From sequence record PZ172995.1: a stretch of DNA of 64,000 nt; one strand, given 5' to 3'. Of this stretch, positions 15,755-23,686 are shown one piece after another (the stretch's first letter is position 1; every line of letters starts with the position of its first letter). Made by a program: the position numbers and the translations under genes. The stretch is from a phage. The notes beneath the pieces were generated by a model. The model saw only the letters and a list, made by a program, of their open reading frames with translations. It made no database searches and had not been told where the DNA came from.

Positions 15755-16654
15755 TTATTTACCTACTGATAAAGGTGCTTCAATCTTTCCTGCATGTTGG
15801 TAGTTGTTAATTCCACCGATAAAGTCACTTGCAGTGAGATGTTTTAGGTCACTTAAAGTATTAAGTTGTAAACCAATCTCAAAAGTAGGTGCATGAAACT
15901 CTTCATTGTTCATCAGTTCATAAACCTGCTTCATATGATTCTGATAAATCTGAGTATCTCCAAAGACACCTATCAAGTACCGTGGAGTGTATCCAGTCAT
16001 CTTACAAAGAACTTCCAGAATAAAACCGTAAGATGCAATATTGAATGGAAGTCCTAAAAAGGTGTCTACTGAACGCTGATACCATTGTAAGTCAACTTCA
16101 CCCTCGTTAGTAATATAAATCTGAAACAGAACATGACAAGGTGCTAGAGCCATTGAGTTTGCTGCAATATCTGCTGCATTCCAAGCATTAACAAGCATGT
16201 AACGGTCTGTGATATCACCCTTCATCTTTGTTACTAAGGTCTCTAACTGGTCTACAACACAACCGTTATGACCTTCAAAGTTTCTCCACTGAACTCCGTA
16301 GATTCTTCCACCTGCATCCTCTAACCAATCTTGTTCAGAAGAATAATTAGAGCTTAACCAGCGTTTAAAATCATCTGACCAGATAGTCCAACGTTCCCCA
16401 TCATTTTCACCCCAAGTGCGGTAACGGAGTTCACCAAGCTTATTCTCACCGTTCAGGAACCATAAAGCTTCCCCAATAACTTGCCGTGTAAACACCTGTT
16501 TAGATGTTAAGAGCGGGAAACCAGTTCGCATATCAAAACGAAACTGAGGTGGAGCAAATGCAGAGATAACATCTCCAGTTCGTGTAGTACGCAGTTCGCC
16601 AACTGATAAAACATGGTTCAGGATATTTTTGTAACTTGAATCTGCTTGTGACAT
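15755..16654 (-). CDS. thyA: thymidylate synthase
   Basis: 299 aa with hallmark motifs: RTGDVISAF (R-TG-G region), ALAPCHVLFQ (active-site PCH), WYQRSVDTFLGLPFNIASY. Confidence 0.9.
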   Translation of the reverse strand: MSQADSSYKNILNHVLSVGELRTTRTGDVISAFAPPQFRFDMRTGFPLLTSKQVFTRQVIGEALWFLNGENKLGELRYRTWGENDGERWTIWSDDFKRWLSSNYSSEQDWLEDAGGRIYGVQWRNFEGHNGCVVDQLETLVTKMKGDITDRYMLVNAWNAADIAANSMALAPCHVLFQIYITNEGEVDLQWYQRSVDTFLGLPFNIASYGFILEVLCKMTGYTPRYLIGVFGDTQIYQNHMKQVYELMNNEEFHAPTFEIGLQLNTLSDLKHLTASDFIGGINNYQHAGKIEAPLSVGK

Positions 16655-16655
16655 A

Positions 16656-17201
16656 TCAAAAGTGTCCTTTTACTTGTGGAACATAAATTTCAAAGGTTGC
16701 TTTACCATCATCTGATGGTTTTGACTGTACCTTTGTAAATACACGACCATCATACAACTTCTCGAAGAAGTTTTCAAAAGGTAAATGCACAGTGACCTCT
16801 TCAGTAACCTTATGGAAAACTGTATGGAACACTACATCAGCATACGGTAAAGCATTGATAAGGACACCTGCACCACCAATTACAAAGACATCTTCATCAA
16901 TAGAGCTATCAAGATACTTCAAAAATGCTCCAAACGACTCTTTACTGGCTTTAGCATACATTACCTCATCTTTGCCAAAGTCTATGCCTAAGTATGGTAC
17001 AGAGTTTGTTAAGATGAGGTTTGCACGTTCTGGTAAAGGTTTACTACCCAGAGTCTTAAAAGTCTCATTCCCCATCACTACTAAGTTATTTTTAGTGAGT
17101 CTCTTAAACTCTTGCATGTCCTGTTTATGTCGAGGCCACGGCATACCAGTTGGAGTACCAAACTCACCATTTTCACCACTTGCAAAGATTAGTTTAATCA
17201 T
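16656..17201 (-). CDS. folA: dihydrofolate reductase
   Basis: 181 aa; MIKLIFA...GMPW, VVMGNETFKTL, VIGGAGV motifs; adjacent to thyA. Confidence 0.8.
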   Translation of the reverse strand: MIKLIFASGENGEFGTPTGMPWPRHKQDMQEFKRLTKNNLVVMGNETFKTLGSKPLPERANLILTNSVPYLGIDFGKDEVMYAKASKESFGAFLKYLDSSIDEDVFVIGGAGVLINALPYADVVFHTVFHKVTEEVTVHLPFENFFEKLYDGRVFTKVQSKPSDDGKATFEIYVPQVKGHF

Positions 17202-17458
17202 TTTATAAATCCTTTCTTAATGAACCAGTTGATAACATTCTTCACAGCTTTATTGCTATGGTAGATTAAGTGTGGTGTAGGCTGGTATGAACCATAGGCC
17301 CAGAATGATAGATGCTCACCACAACCAACACATGTAGTACTTTCTTCAGCTATATGACCATTAACAATCACATGAACTTCACCTTGCAAGTCTGTACACC
17401 CACAATGTGGGCAACGGATAGGTGTTCCATCAGACTCATAGCAGTGTTCAATTTTCAT
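17198..17458 (-). CDS. small Cys-rich zinc-ribbon protein
   Basis: 86 aa with CPHCGC...CVGCGEH pattern. Confidence 0.4.
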   Translation of the reverse strand: MKIEHCYESDGTPIRCPHCGCTDLQGEVHVIVNGHIAEESTTCVGCGEHLSFWAYGSYQPTPHLIYHSNKAVKNVINWFIKKGFIK

Positions 17459-17974
17459 TTATTTAACCTCAAAAACTGGTTCAAGAACCAATATAAAGTC
17501 TACACAGTCATCTTCTTCATCCAGAATACCATCAAAGTTCTTAGGAACGAAGTCGAATAGACTCATAACAAAACAGTCAGAAGTAACCCTAATAGTGCCT
17601 CCCATATTCTCTACAGTCAACACTGTACGACTTTCTTTTACCTCTCGCAGAAGATTGCTCACAAAGTCATCTAAGAAGTACTTCATCAGTGACTTAAAAC
17701 CTTTAGGGTAATCTGTACCAGAGTATGTTTCAATCTGGGGCGCAAGCTTAACATTTATACTAGTCTTTGCTAAGAACGTGCTAGAGAACATACTATCAGG
17801 TAACTTACAAACAGTCTTTCCAGTACCTTCATGTTCAATCTCAACAAAACCAGCTTCGTCGCCACATGTGACTATTTTAAAAGATGCTTCATTATCATGC
17901 TGTGAAGCCATAAACTTTTTAAGCATCACTTTAAGGAAGTCTGCATGAGCATCTTGTAAGTAGATATCAATCAT
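17459..17974 (-). CDS. hypothetical protein
   Basis: 171 aa, contiguous with neighbours on minus strand; no motif recognised. Confidence 0.45.
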   Translation of the reverse strand: MIDIYLQDAHADFLKVMLKKFMASQHDNEASFKIVTCGDEAGFVEIEHEGTGKTVCKLPDSMFSSTFLAKTSINVKLAPQIETYSGTDYPKGFKSLMKYFLDDFVSNLLREVKESRTVLTVENMGGTIRVTSDCFVMSLFDFVPKNFDGILDEEDDCVDFILVLEPVFEVK

Positions 17975-17987
17975 AGTTAATCACCTA

Positions 17988-18347
17988 TTATGGGAACAGA
18001 CACTTGATGTCATCATTTTTGAAAACGAAACTTGTGTAGTTGTGACCATCAACATCCAGCCAAACAGCCTGAACATCGACACCATCAAGATTGTGGTAAA
18101 GCTCTTTGATGAAGTGGTCTTTCACAATCTGGCTGCTAGTGGTTTCCAGCTTAATGTTTGAGATTGCTGAACCTACAGCCATATAACCCATTACACGTTT
18201 CTTCTCAGTATGCTTAATCTTACCATCTTTGTAAGCCATAATGAGATTGGAAAGAATCTTCACACCATAATACTTTTCAAGGTGAGTAGGTACACCATAA
18301 AAGCCTAATGCGAAGTTTTCAGAGTGGATAATGTTTTCACGTTTCAT
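17988..18347 (-). CDS. hypothetical protein
   Basis: 119 aa ORF; no motif recognised. Confidence 0.45.
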   Translation of the reverse strand: MKRENIIHSENFALGFYGVPTHLEKYYGVKILSNLIMAYKDGKIKHTEKKRVMGYMAVGSAISNIKLETTSSQIVKDHFIKELYHNLDGVDVQAVWLDVDGHNYTSFVFKNDDIKCLFP

Positions 18348-18348
18348 A

Positions 18349-18678
18349 TTAATCTGCCAACCTTAAGTTAAAATTAACACCAAATTTTTCGCATACTTCC
18401 AACATAAACTCAAGCGAGACATTACCAGTGAGATTGATTATGTTGGATACACGAGCCTGAGAGATACCACAAATTTTAGCAACTTGCTCTTGAGAAAGAC
18501 CTCTGGATTTAATCTCTCTCTTAAAACGATGTGCAACGAAATCTCTCATTTCGTCTACATCCATTGGACAAATATAACTCTCCATTTCAGCTTCTCTGTC
18601 AGCCTCCCAATCATCTTGTGGAGCATAAGGGTCAAAAACCTCATTCATCTTTCTTCTTCCGTTTGCGTGAAGTGTCAA
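18349..18678 (-). CDS. HTH (XRE-like) DNA-binding protein
   Basis: 109 aa; C-terminal region LSQEQVAKICGISQARVSNIIN resembles helix-turn-helix. Confidence 0.5.
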   Translation of the reverse strand: MTLHANGRRKMNEVFDPYAPQDDWEADREAEMESYICPMDVDEMRDFVAHRFKREIKSRGLSQEQVAKICGISQARVSNIINLTGNVSLEFMLEVCEKFGVNFNLRLAD

Positions 18679-18853
18679 TCAATGAATCTATGCTTGTAGC
18701 CCTAACCTTTTCACGTTCATCGTTAAGATAATCATCAAGAGCCTTTTCAATCTGTGAATCATCTTGACAGATAACTGTAAAGACTGTAAAGCCATCTGTA
18801 TCATCAATTATCTTACCATAACCGCTTCTTGGATGTAACTTTTTAAGAGCCAT
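18641..18853 (-). CDS. hypothetical small protein
   Basis: 70 aa, overlaps downstream gene by ~38 nt; uncertain. Confidence 0.3.
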   Translation of the reverse strand: MALKKLHPRSGYGKIIDDTDGFTVFTVICQDDSQIEKALDDYLNDEREKVRATSIDSLIDTSRKRKKKDE

Positions 18854-18854
18854 A

Positions 18855-19238
18855 TCAAATACCTGTGCAGCTTCTGTTTTCTAAGAAATACTCAACACCA
18901 TACATAGCTTTTTGCATCAAATCTTCTTTAAACTGAATACGATGATTGAGCATAGCCTGTACATCAATATCATCATGGTGCTTCTCTTTAATATTTGCAG
19001 ATTGCAGGAAATACTCTGCAAGAACACGATACTGATAGTCAGTTACCTTGTCAGTCATCTCTGTTAAAGACTCTTCAGAGATTGGTTTAAGTAACTCACC
19101 ATTAGCCAGAGCAACACCTTTAACAATCTGGCAAGTGTCTTCTGGAACACCTGATAAGTCCACGTTTGGGAGTTCTGTTGCATTGACTGGTAAATTCATT
19201 GCCATAACCATTGCAGCAGCTAATAAAATCTTTTTCAT
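18855..19238 (-). CDS. secreted/periplasmic protein with signal peptide
   Basis: 127 aa; N-terminus MKKILLAAAMVMAMNLPVNA is a signal-peptide-like segment; own promoter-like element upstream. Confidence 0.5.
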   Translation of the reverse strand: MKKILLAAAMVMAMNLPVNATELPNVDLSGVPEDTCQIVKGVALANGELLKPISEESLTEMTDKVTDYQYRVLAEYFLQSANIKEKHHDDIDVQAMLNHRIQFKEDLMQKAMYGVEYFLENRSCTGI

Positions 19239-19282
19239 AATGACCTCAAAGTTATATTAAATTTTGTATTACATTGAGTATA

Positions 19283-19311
19283 AAAATAAGCTATAACACC
19301 TGACTTGTCAA
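19283..19311 (-). promoter_or_regulatory. sigma70-like promoter candidate on minus strand (TTGACA-N17-TATTTT)
   Basis: Reverse complement of 19306-19311 is TTGACA, of 19283-19288 is TATTTT; ~45 nt upstream of ATG at 19238. Confidence 0.4.
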
Positions 19312-19417
19312 CAGATTTTATAGCTTATTTGGCAGATTTTTTATAAGGCTACTGCCATCCTTCCATACATTACCTAACCAAGCCGAACATCACACAACCA
19401 GACCGAGCCGCACCCCG

Positions 19418-19501
19418 CCTTATTAAAAGACCCTGTTTAAAGACCTTTTAAAAAGGTAAGTCTCATTTTAATGTAGCTGAGACTAACTACCCATACCTCA
19501 C
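19418..19501. repeat. conserved intergenic element, copy A (~85 nt)
   Basis: CCTTATTAAAAGACCCTGTTTAAAGACCTTTTAAAAAGG followed by a ~52-nt core (GTAAGTCTCATTTTAATGTAGCTGAGACTAACTACCCATACCTCAC) identical to 20842-20893; core carries inverted repeat AGTCTCA/TGAGACT; partial third copy at ~19557-19595. Confidence 0.7.
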
Positions 19502-19585
19502 CTTACCACGCCGAACAGTACCGGACTATACCAGACCATGCCGAACATTGCCGAGCCTTATTAAAAGACCCTCTTAAAGACCTTT

Positions 19586-19610
19586 TAAAAAGGAGCCTCC
19601 GAAGAGGCTA
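19586..19610 (-). terminator. rho-independent terminator on minus strand (UUCG loop)
   Basis: Minus-strand read: GTAGCCTC-TTCG-GAGGCTCC then TTTTT; directly downstream of stop of 19621..20061. Confidence 0.65.
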
Positions 19611-19620
19611 CCTAGTCAAC

Positions 19621-20061
19621 TTAGAAAGGTTTTCTACGTTGCTTGTTAATGTTAGCTTTCATAGCAGCTAAATGGTTTTGCTGTTCAATCAGTCGTGAAC
19701 GTTCTTGATGACTAAGTGCCATAGTGTTCACATTCTCAATTGCTTGAGTGGCTTGCTTTAAAGCACGACCAATCTTACCAGACATTTTACGTTTTGCAAT
19801 AGTTGCTTGATGTTTAGGTTCAACCACACGATAACCAACACCCATTGAAGCAACCAGATAAATCTTCTCTTCTTTAAGAAGCTTCTCAATAAACTTCTCA
19901 AGTCGGTTTAGACGTGTAAGTGCATAAGCCTTCATTTCATCTTCGTACTTAACAATGTCACCTTGATAAGTTGGCTTCGCAATACCTAAGAAGGTATCCA
20001 TCTCAGAATGTGATACAGTGTCACCGTAACTAAACTTTGCTGCTAATGCTTTTGTATTCAT
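19621..20061 (-). CDS. hypothetical protein (basic C-terminal half)
   Basis: 146 aa; no motif recognised; second gene of a two-gene unit bracketed by repeated intergenic elements. Confidence 0.45.
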   Translation of the reverse strand: MNTKALAAKFSYGDTVSHSEMDTFLGIAKPTYQGDIVKYEDEMKAYALTRLNRLEKFIEKLLKEEKIYLVASMGVGYRVVEPKHQATIAKRKMSGKIGRALKQATQAIENVNTMALSHQERSRLIEQQNHLAAMKANINKQRRKPF

Positions 20062-20063
20062 AA

Positions 20064-20669
<606 letters not shown>

Positions 20670-20808
20670 TTAGTTGATTGTTAAGTTGTTTGTAAAGAAC
20701 CCTCAACAGAAGACTCTTTAGAAACTTGGTAGATTTTTAACGTGGCTACTACCATCCACCCTTACCGCGACACACCGAACCAGACCTTACACCACCTTAC
20801 ACCACCCC

Positions 20809-20893
20809 ACCTCATTAAAAGACCCTCTTAAAAGGCCTTTTAAAAAGGTAAGTCTCATTTTAATGTAGCTGAGACTAACTACCCATACCTCAC
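20809..20893. repeat. conserved intergenic element, copy B (~85 nt)
   Basis: CCTCATTAAAAGACCCTCTTAAAAGGCCTTTTAAAAAGG plus core identical to copy A; flanked by A/C-rich (minus strand G/T-rich) CACC/CCGAAC-repeat sequence as in copy A. Confidence 0.7.
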
Positions 20894-21061
20894 ATCACCG
20901 CACCATACTACACCTGACACCACCTTACACCACCGCACCATACCTGACCGAGCTACACATCACTTAAAAACCCTCTTAGAAAGACTCTTAAGTGATGCTG
21001 GTGAGTACCTGTTGGTTTATGCTGCTCAGTATACTCACCAAATTTTCTATGTCAACAACTT

Positions 21062-22198
21062 TTATTCATAATCTCGTATAACGAGACCAACAGGGAACTG
21101 TAAAGACCCCTTACGAGTCATCTTCTGGAACTGAACAGTTAAAGGTTTCCCGATAAACTCTTCAGGATGTTCAGCAAGATACTGTTTCTTCTCGTGTGTA
21201 GTTTTCCATGAGACATCTACAAAGACGTTAGGAAGAGTCTCTACAACGAACTTGCCATGACCACGCTTATCAGTCTTTACACCAGTCACTTTAAACTCTT
21301 CAGTGTGCATCTTCTTGTGCTTAATCAAGAAGTATGAACGGTGACAACACTCATAGAAGGAGTCTTCAGAGATTGAACGGTACATTGCACCTTCAAACTT
21401 AGCTTCAACCCACTTATCATGAGCTTCATCAAACTCTTCCCAAGAATTTACACGACGAGACTTAACAGGAACAACTTTACAGCCATCTCTAAAGTCATTC
21501 AATGGTGAAGTCTCAATAATATCTCTACGCTCAGGCCACGTCTTAGTGCTGTCACAGATATCGTACCAGTAGAACTGGAGTAGATGTCGGTCTGGATTGT
21601 CAGCATTCTTAATCATAGACACAATATCTTCTAAGTCCCAACCGTGAGCATAAATCTCACCATCAAAGTCTTCTACTTGTGGATGCAATTTAAGCAACAA
21701 AAGCAAATCTGGGATTAGTTCTTCTGGGACGTTGTAAATAGTATTCTCACGAGAATAAGCCGTGAAGCTAACTAAATCAGCATCTCTTGAAATCCTACAA
21801 CGGACACCATCAAGTTTCGGTTGAGCATCAGCAGGGAACTTCAGATACTTTGCATGGCTAACCTTTGCAGCATCATGAGCAAGCTGTACACCTACCTTCT
21901 CAGTATTCTGTGCAGACTCTTTTGTGTAAGCATAACCTTTGCGGTCAACCTGCTTTTTATACTTTGCAGCAACTTCAAAGAGAGCTTGCTGTTCAGCGTT
22001 ACGCTCATTCTTTTTACCGATGTTTTTAGGTTCTGCTGTATACTCTTCAAACATCATCTTGCCATTTTCTTTACCGTAGGTTGTAATAACTTTGTCACCT
22101 ACAGCAACGCATGACCAGACGTTGAAAGAGCCATCTTTATTTTGTTTGTACAGTATTGTCATTTTTAACCTCTGAGTGATACCAAGTGTAACAAGCAT
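21062..22198 (-). CDS. ATP-dependent DNA ligase
   Basis: 378 aa with adenylation motif KLDGVRC (KxDGxR); true start may be internal Met at ~22162 (RBS GAGG upstream). Confidence 0.8.
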   Translation of the reverse strand: MLVTLGITQRLKMTILYKQNKDGSFNVWSCVAVGDKVITTYGKENGKMMFEEYTAEPKNIGKKNERNAEQQALFEVAAKYKKQVDRKGYAYTKESAQNTEKVGVQLAHDAAKVSHAKYLKFPADAQPKLDGVRCRISRDADLVSFTAYSRENTIYNVPEELIPDLLLLLKLHPQVEDFDGEIYAHGWDLEDIVSMIKNADNPDRHLLQFYWYDICDSTKTWPERRDIIETSPLNDFRDGCKVVPVKSRRVNSWEEFDEAHDKWVEAKFEGAMYRSISEDSFYECCHRSYFLIKHKKMHTEEFKVTGVKTDKRGHGKFVVETLPNVFVDVSWKTTHEKKQYLAEHPEEFIGKPLTVQFQKMTRKGSLQFPVGLVIRDYE

Positions 22199-22355
22199 TA
22201 CATGCGTAAAGCTCTAAGTCATTTTTATCTGGTTTATGGAAACAGTTTGACCCACAACGACACCGAAATAGTTTACCATCAACACGAAGAATGAATGTTT
22301 CAAGCTCACCATCTTCTGTAAGAACTGCGTTCTTAAATTTATCTGCTACAGTCAT
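22137..22355 (-). CDS. small zinc-ribbon protein
   Basis: 72 aa; CRCGSNCFHK...CNACYTWYH four-Cys pattern. Confidence 0.4.
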   Translation of the reverse strand: MTVADKFKNAVLTEDGELETFILRVDGKLFRCRCGSNCFHKPDKNDLELYACNACYTWYHSEVKNDNTVQTK

Positions 22356-22558
22356 TTTCTCTTACCGCCAATCTCTACGTCGATAACTTGAACATCACCA
22401 GCAACATCAAACTTATGGATGATGCTTTCCACAGTGTAAGTCCAACCCCCAATGCGAACCAACTCACCTTCTCGTGGGACGATTGGATTACGTTGAGCTA
22501 CGGTTGTAGTGGAGTGAACAACATCATAACAGTAGATATAGTTTACTAGGACTTCCAT
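22352..22558 (-). CDS. hypothetical small protein (start adjusted to internal Met)
   Basis: ORF-track frame 22352..22657; Met at 22558 is preceded by GAGG 8 nt upstream and avoids overlap with 22569..22805. Confidence 0.35.
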   Translation of the reverse strand: MEVLVNYIYCYDVVHSTTTVAQRNPIVPREGELVRIGGWTYTVESIIHKFDVAGDVQVIDVEIGGKRK

Positions 22559-22568
22559 CGTAAAAACC

Positions 22569-22805
22569 TCACTCAATAACCGTGGTATGTGATTGACTAT
22601 TTTTACCATATCTATAAGATGTTGTTGTTTGAGAGTTTGGACATCTGACAACAACAATATCTGTGCTTATTGCATCACCATTTAACTTATAGACTTTGCA
22701 ATCTTGCATCTCTGGCGGGAGACTATAAGAAGCATTCTTGTCCTCGTAAGAGGGGTTACAGCCAGATAGAAAGATAATACTAAGCACAATTACTGCTTTC
22801 CACAT
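22569..22805 (-). CDS. putative lipoprotein
   Basis: Start adjusted to Met (MWKAVIVLSIIFLSGC...) with AGGAGA RBS; lipobox-like FLSGC after hydrophobic segment. Confidence 0.5.
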   Translation of the reverse strand: MWKAVIVLSIIFLSGCNPSYEDKNASYSLPPEMQDCKVYKLNGDAISTDIVVVRCPNSQTTTSYRYGKNSQSHTTVIE

Positions 22806-22818
22806 AATACTTCTCCTA

Positions 22819-22974
22819 TTACTGTTCACGATGTTCTACTTCTCTGTACGTTCGTCGATAGTTTATAATAAGCTGTGCTAATTCGTTGCTTTTAACATCT
22901 GAACGTAGCAGTTGCCAATCAAAACCTTTACCGACCCTTCCATATAAACTAAAGAGTTTTACTTTGCGTTTCAT
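22819..22974 (-). CDS. small basic protein (51 aa), not in supplied ORF track
   Basis: ATG with upstream GGAGA RBS (GGAGATACCAAAATG); translation MKRKVKLFSLYGRVGKGFDWQ...; below 60-aa cutoff. Confidence 0.35.
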   Translation of the reverse strand: MKRKVKLFSLYGRVGKGFDWQLLRSDVKSNELAQLIINYRRTYREVEHREQ

Positions 22975-22991
22975 TTTGGTATCTCCAATAC

Positions 22992-23204
22992 TCAGATGTC
23001 AATGCTAATACGTTCACCCTTAAGGACTCCTGTACGGTCCCTTGCAATCTTACCGTCAACAATAAGGATATGCGCAGACTTTAAAGATTCACTATTAAAA
23101 CCTTTTACGAACTTACTAGGCATCACTACAATAAGCATCTCCTGAATCAACTCTGGAGTATAGCAATTGTCGTGAAGTTGCTGAATAACGTCTGAAAGTG
23201 TCAT
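22992..23204 (-). CDS. small protein, paralog A of 23407..23625
   Basis: Start adjusted to MTLSDV... (RBS GGAGACATCAAAAATG); C-terminal DGKIARDRTGVLKGERI matches paralog B GGKIAKDKTGYLKGERV. Confidence 0.45.
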   Translation of the reverse strand: MTLSDVIQQLHDNCYTPELIQEMLIVVMPSKFVKGFNSESLKSAHILIVDGKIARDRTGVLKGERISIDI

Positions 23205-23410
23205 TTTTGATGTCTCCAATACTCAATATCAATAAGTTCTTGTGCAATGCTTTTCAGATTACCTTTCAAGAAAACCTTCTCAGAACCTGAAAGAGATGAA
23301 TTGTCAATTAACCTGTTCATTCTCTCAAACAACTTCTGCTTACGGTTCTTGATAGTTTCCTTTGAAGCATCTTTCATCATTGCTGCATGGGTTCTTCCAC
23401 GGTGGCTCAT
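23201..23410 (-). CDS. small basic protein
   Basis: 69 aa, K/R-rich, sandwiched between two paralogous small genes. Confidence 0.4.
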   Translation of the reverse strand: MSHRGRTHAAMMKDASKETIKNRKQKLFERMNRLIDNSSLSGSEKVFLKGNLKSIAQELIDIEYWRHQK

Positions 23411-23625
23411 AGTAAACTCTCAATATTTACACGCTCACCTTTTAAGTAGCCTGTCTTATCTTTTGCGATTTTACCTCCAGCAATAAAGATATCTACTCTA
23501 CGTAGAACTTCAGGGTTTACCTTCAAATTCCTACAGCTACTGCAAAGAACAATAAACATCCCTTCAATCTCTTTTTGAGAATAACCTGCACATTGCAACT
23601 GAACTTCAATCTCTGAAAGTGTCAT
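23407..23625 (-). CDS. small protein, paralog B of 22992..23204
   Basis: 72 aa starting MTLSEI...; shares N- and C-terminal sequence with paralog A. Confidence 0.45.
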   Translation of the reverse strand: MTLSEIEVQLQCAGYSQKEIEGMFIVLCSSCRNLKVNPEVLRRVDIFIAGGKIAKDKTGYLKGERVNIESLL

Positions 23626-23686
23626 GTGACCTCCTATACAAGATATAGTATAAGGTACTCTTCCATGAGCACCTTGTCAATACTAA

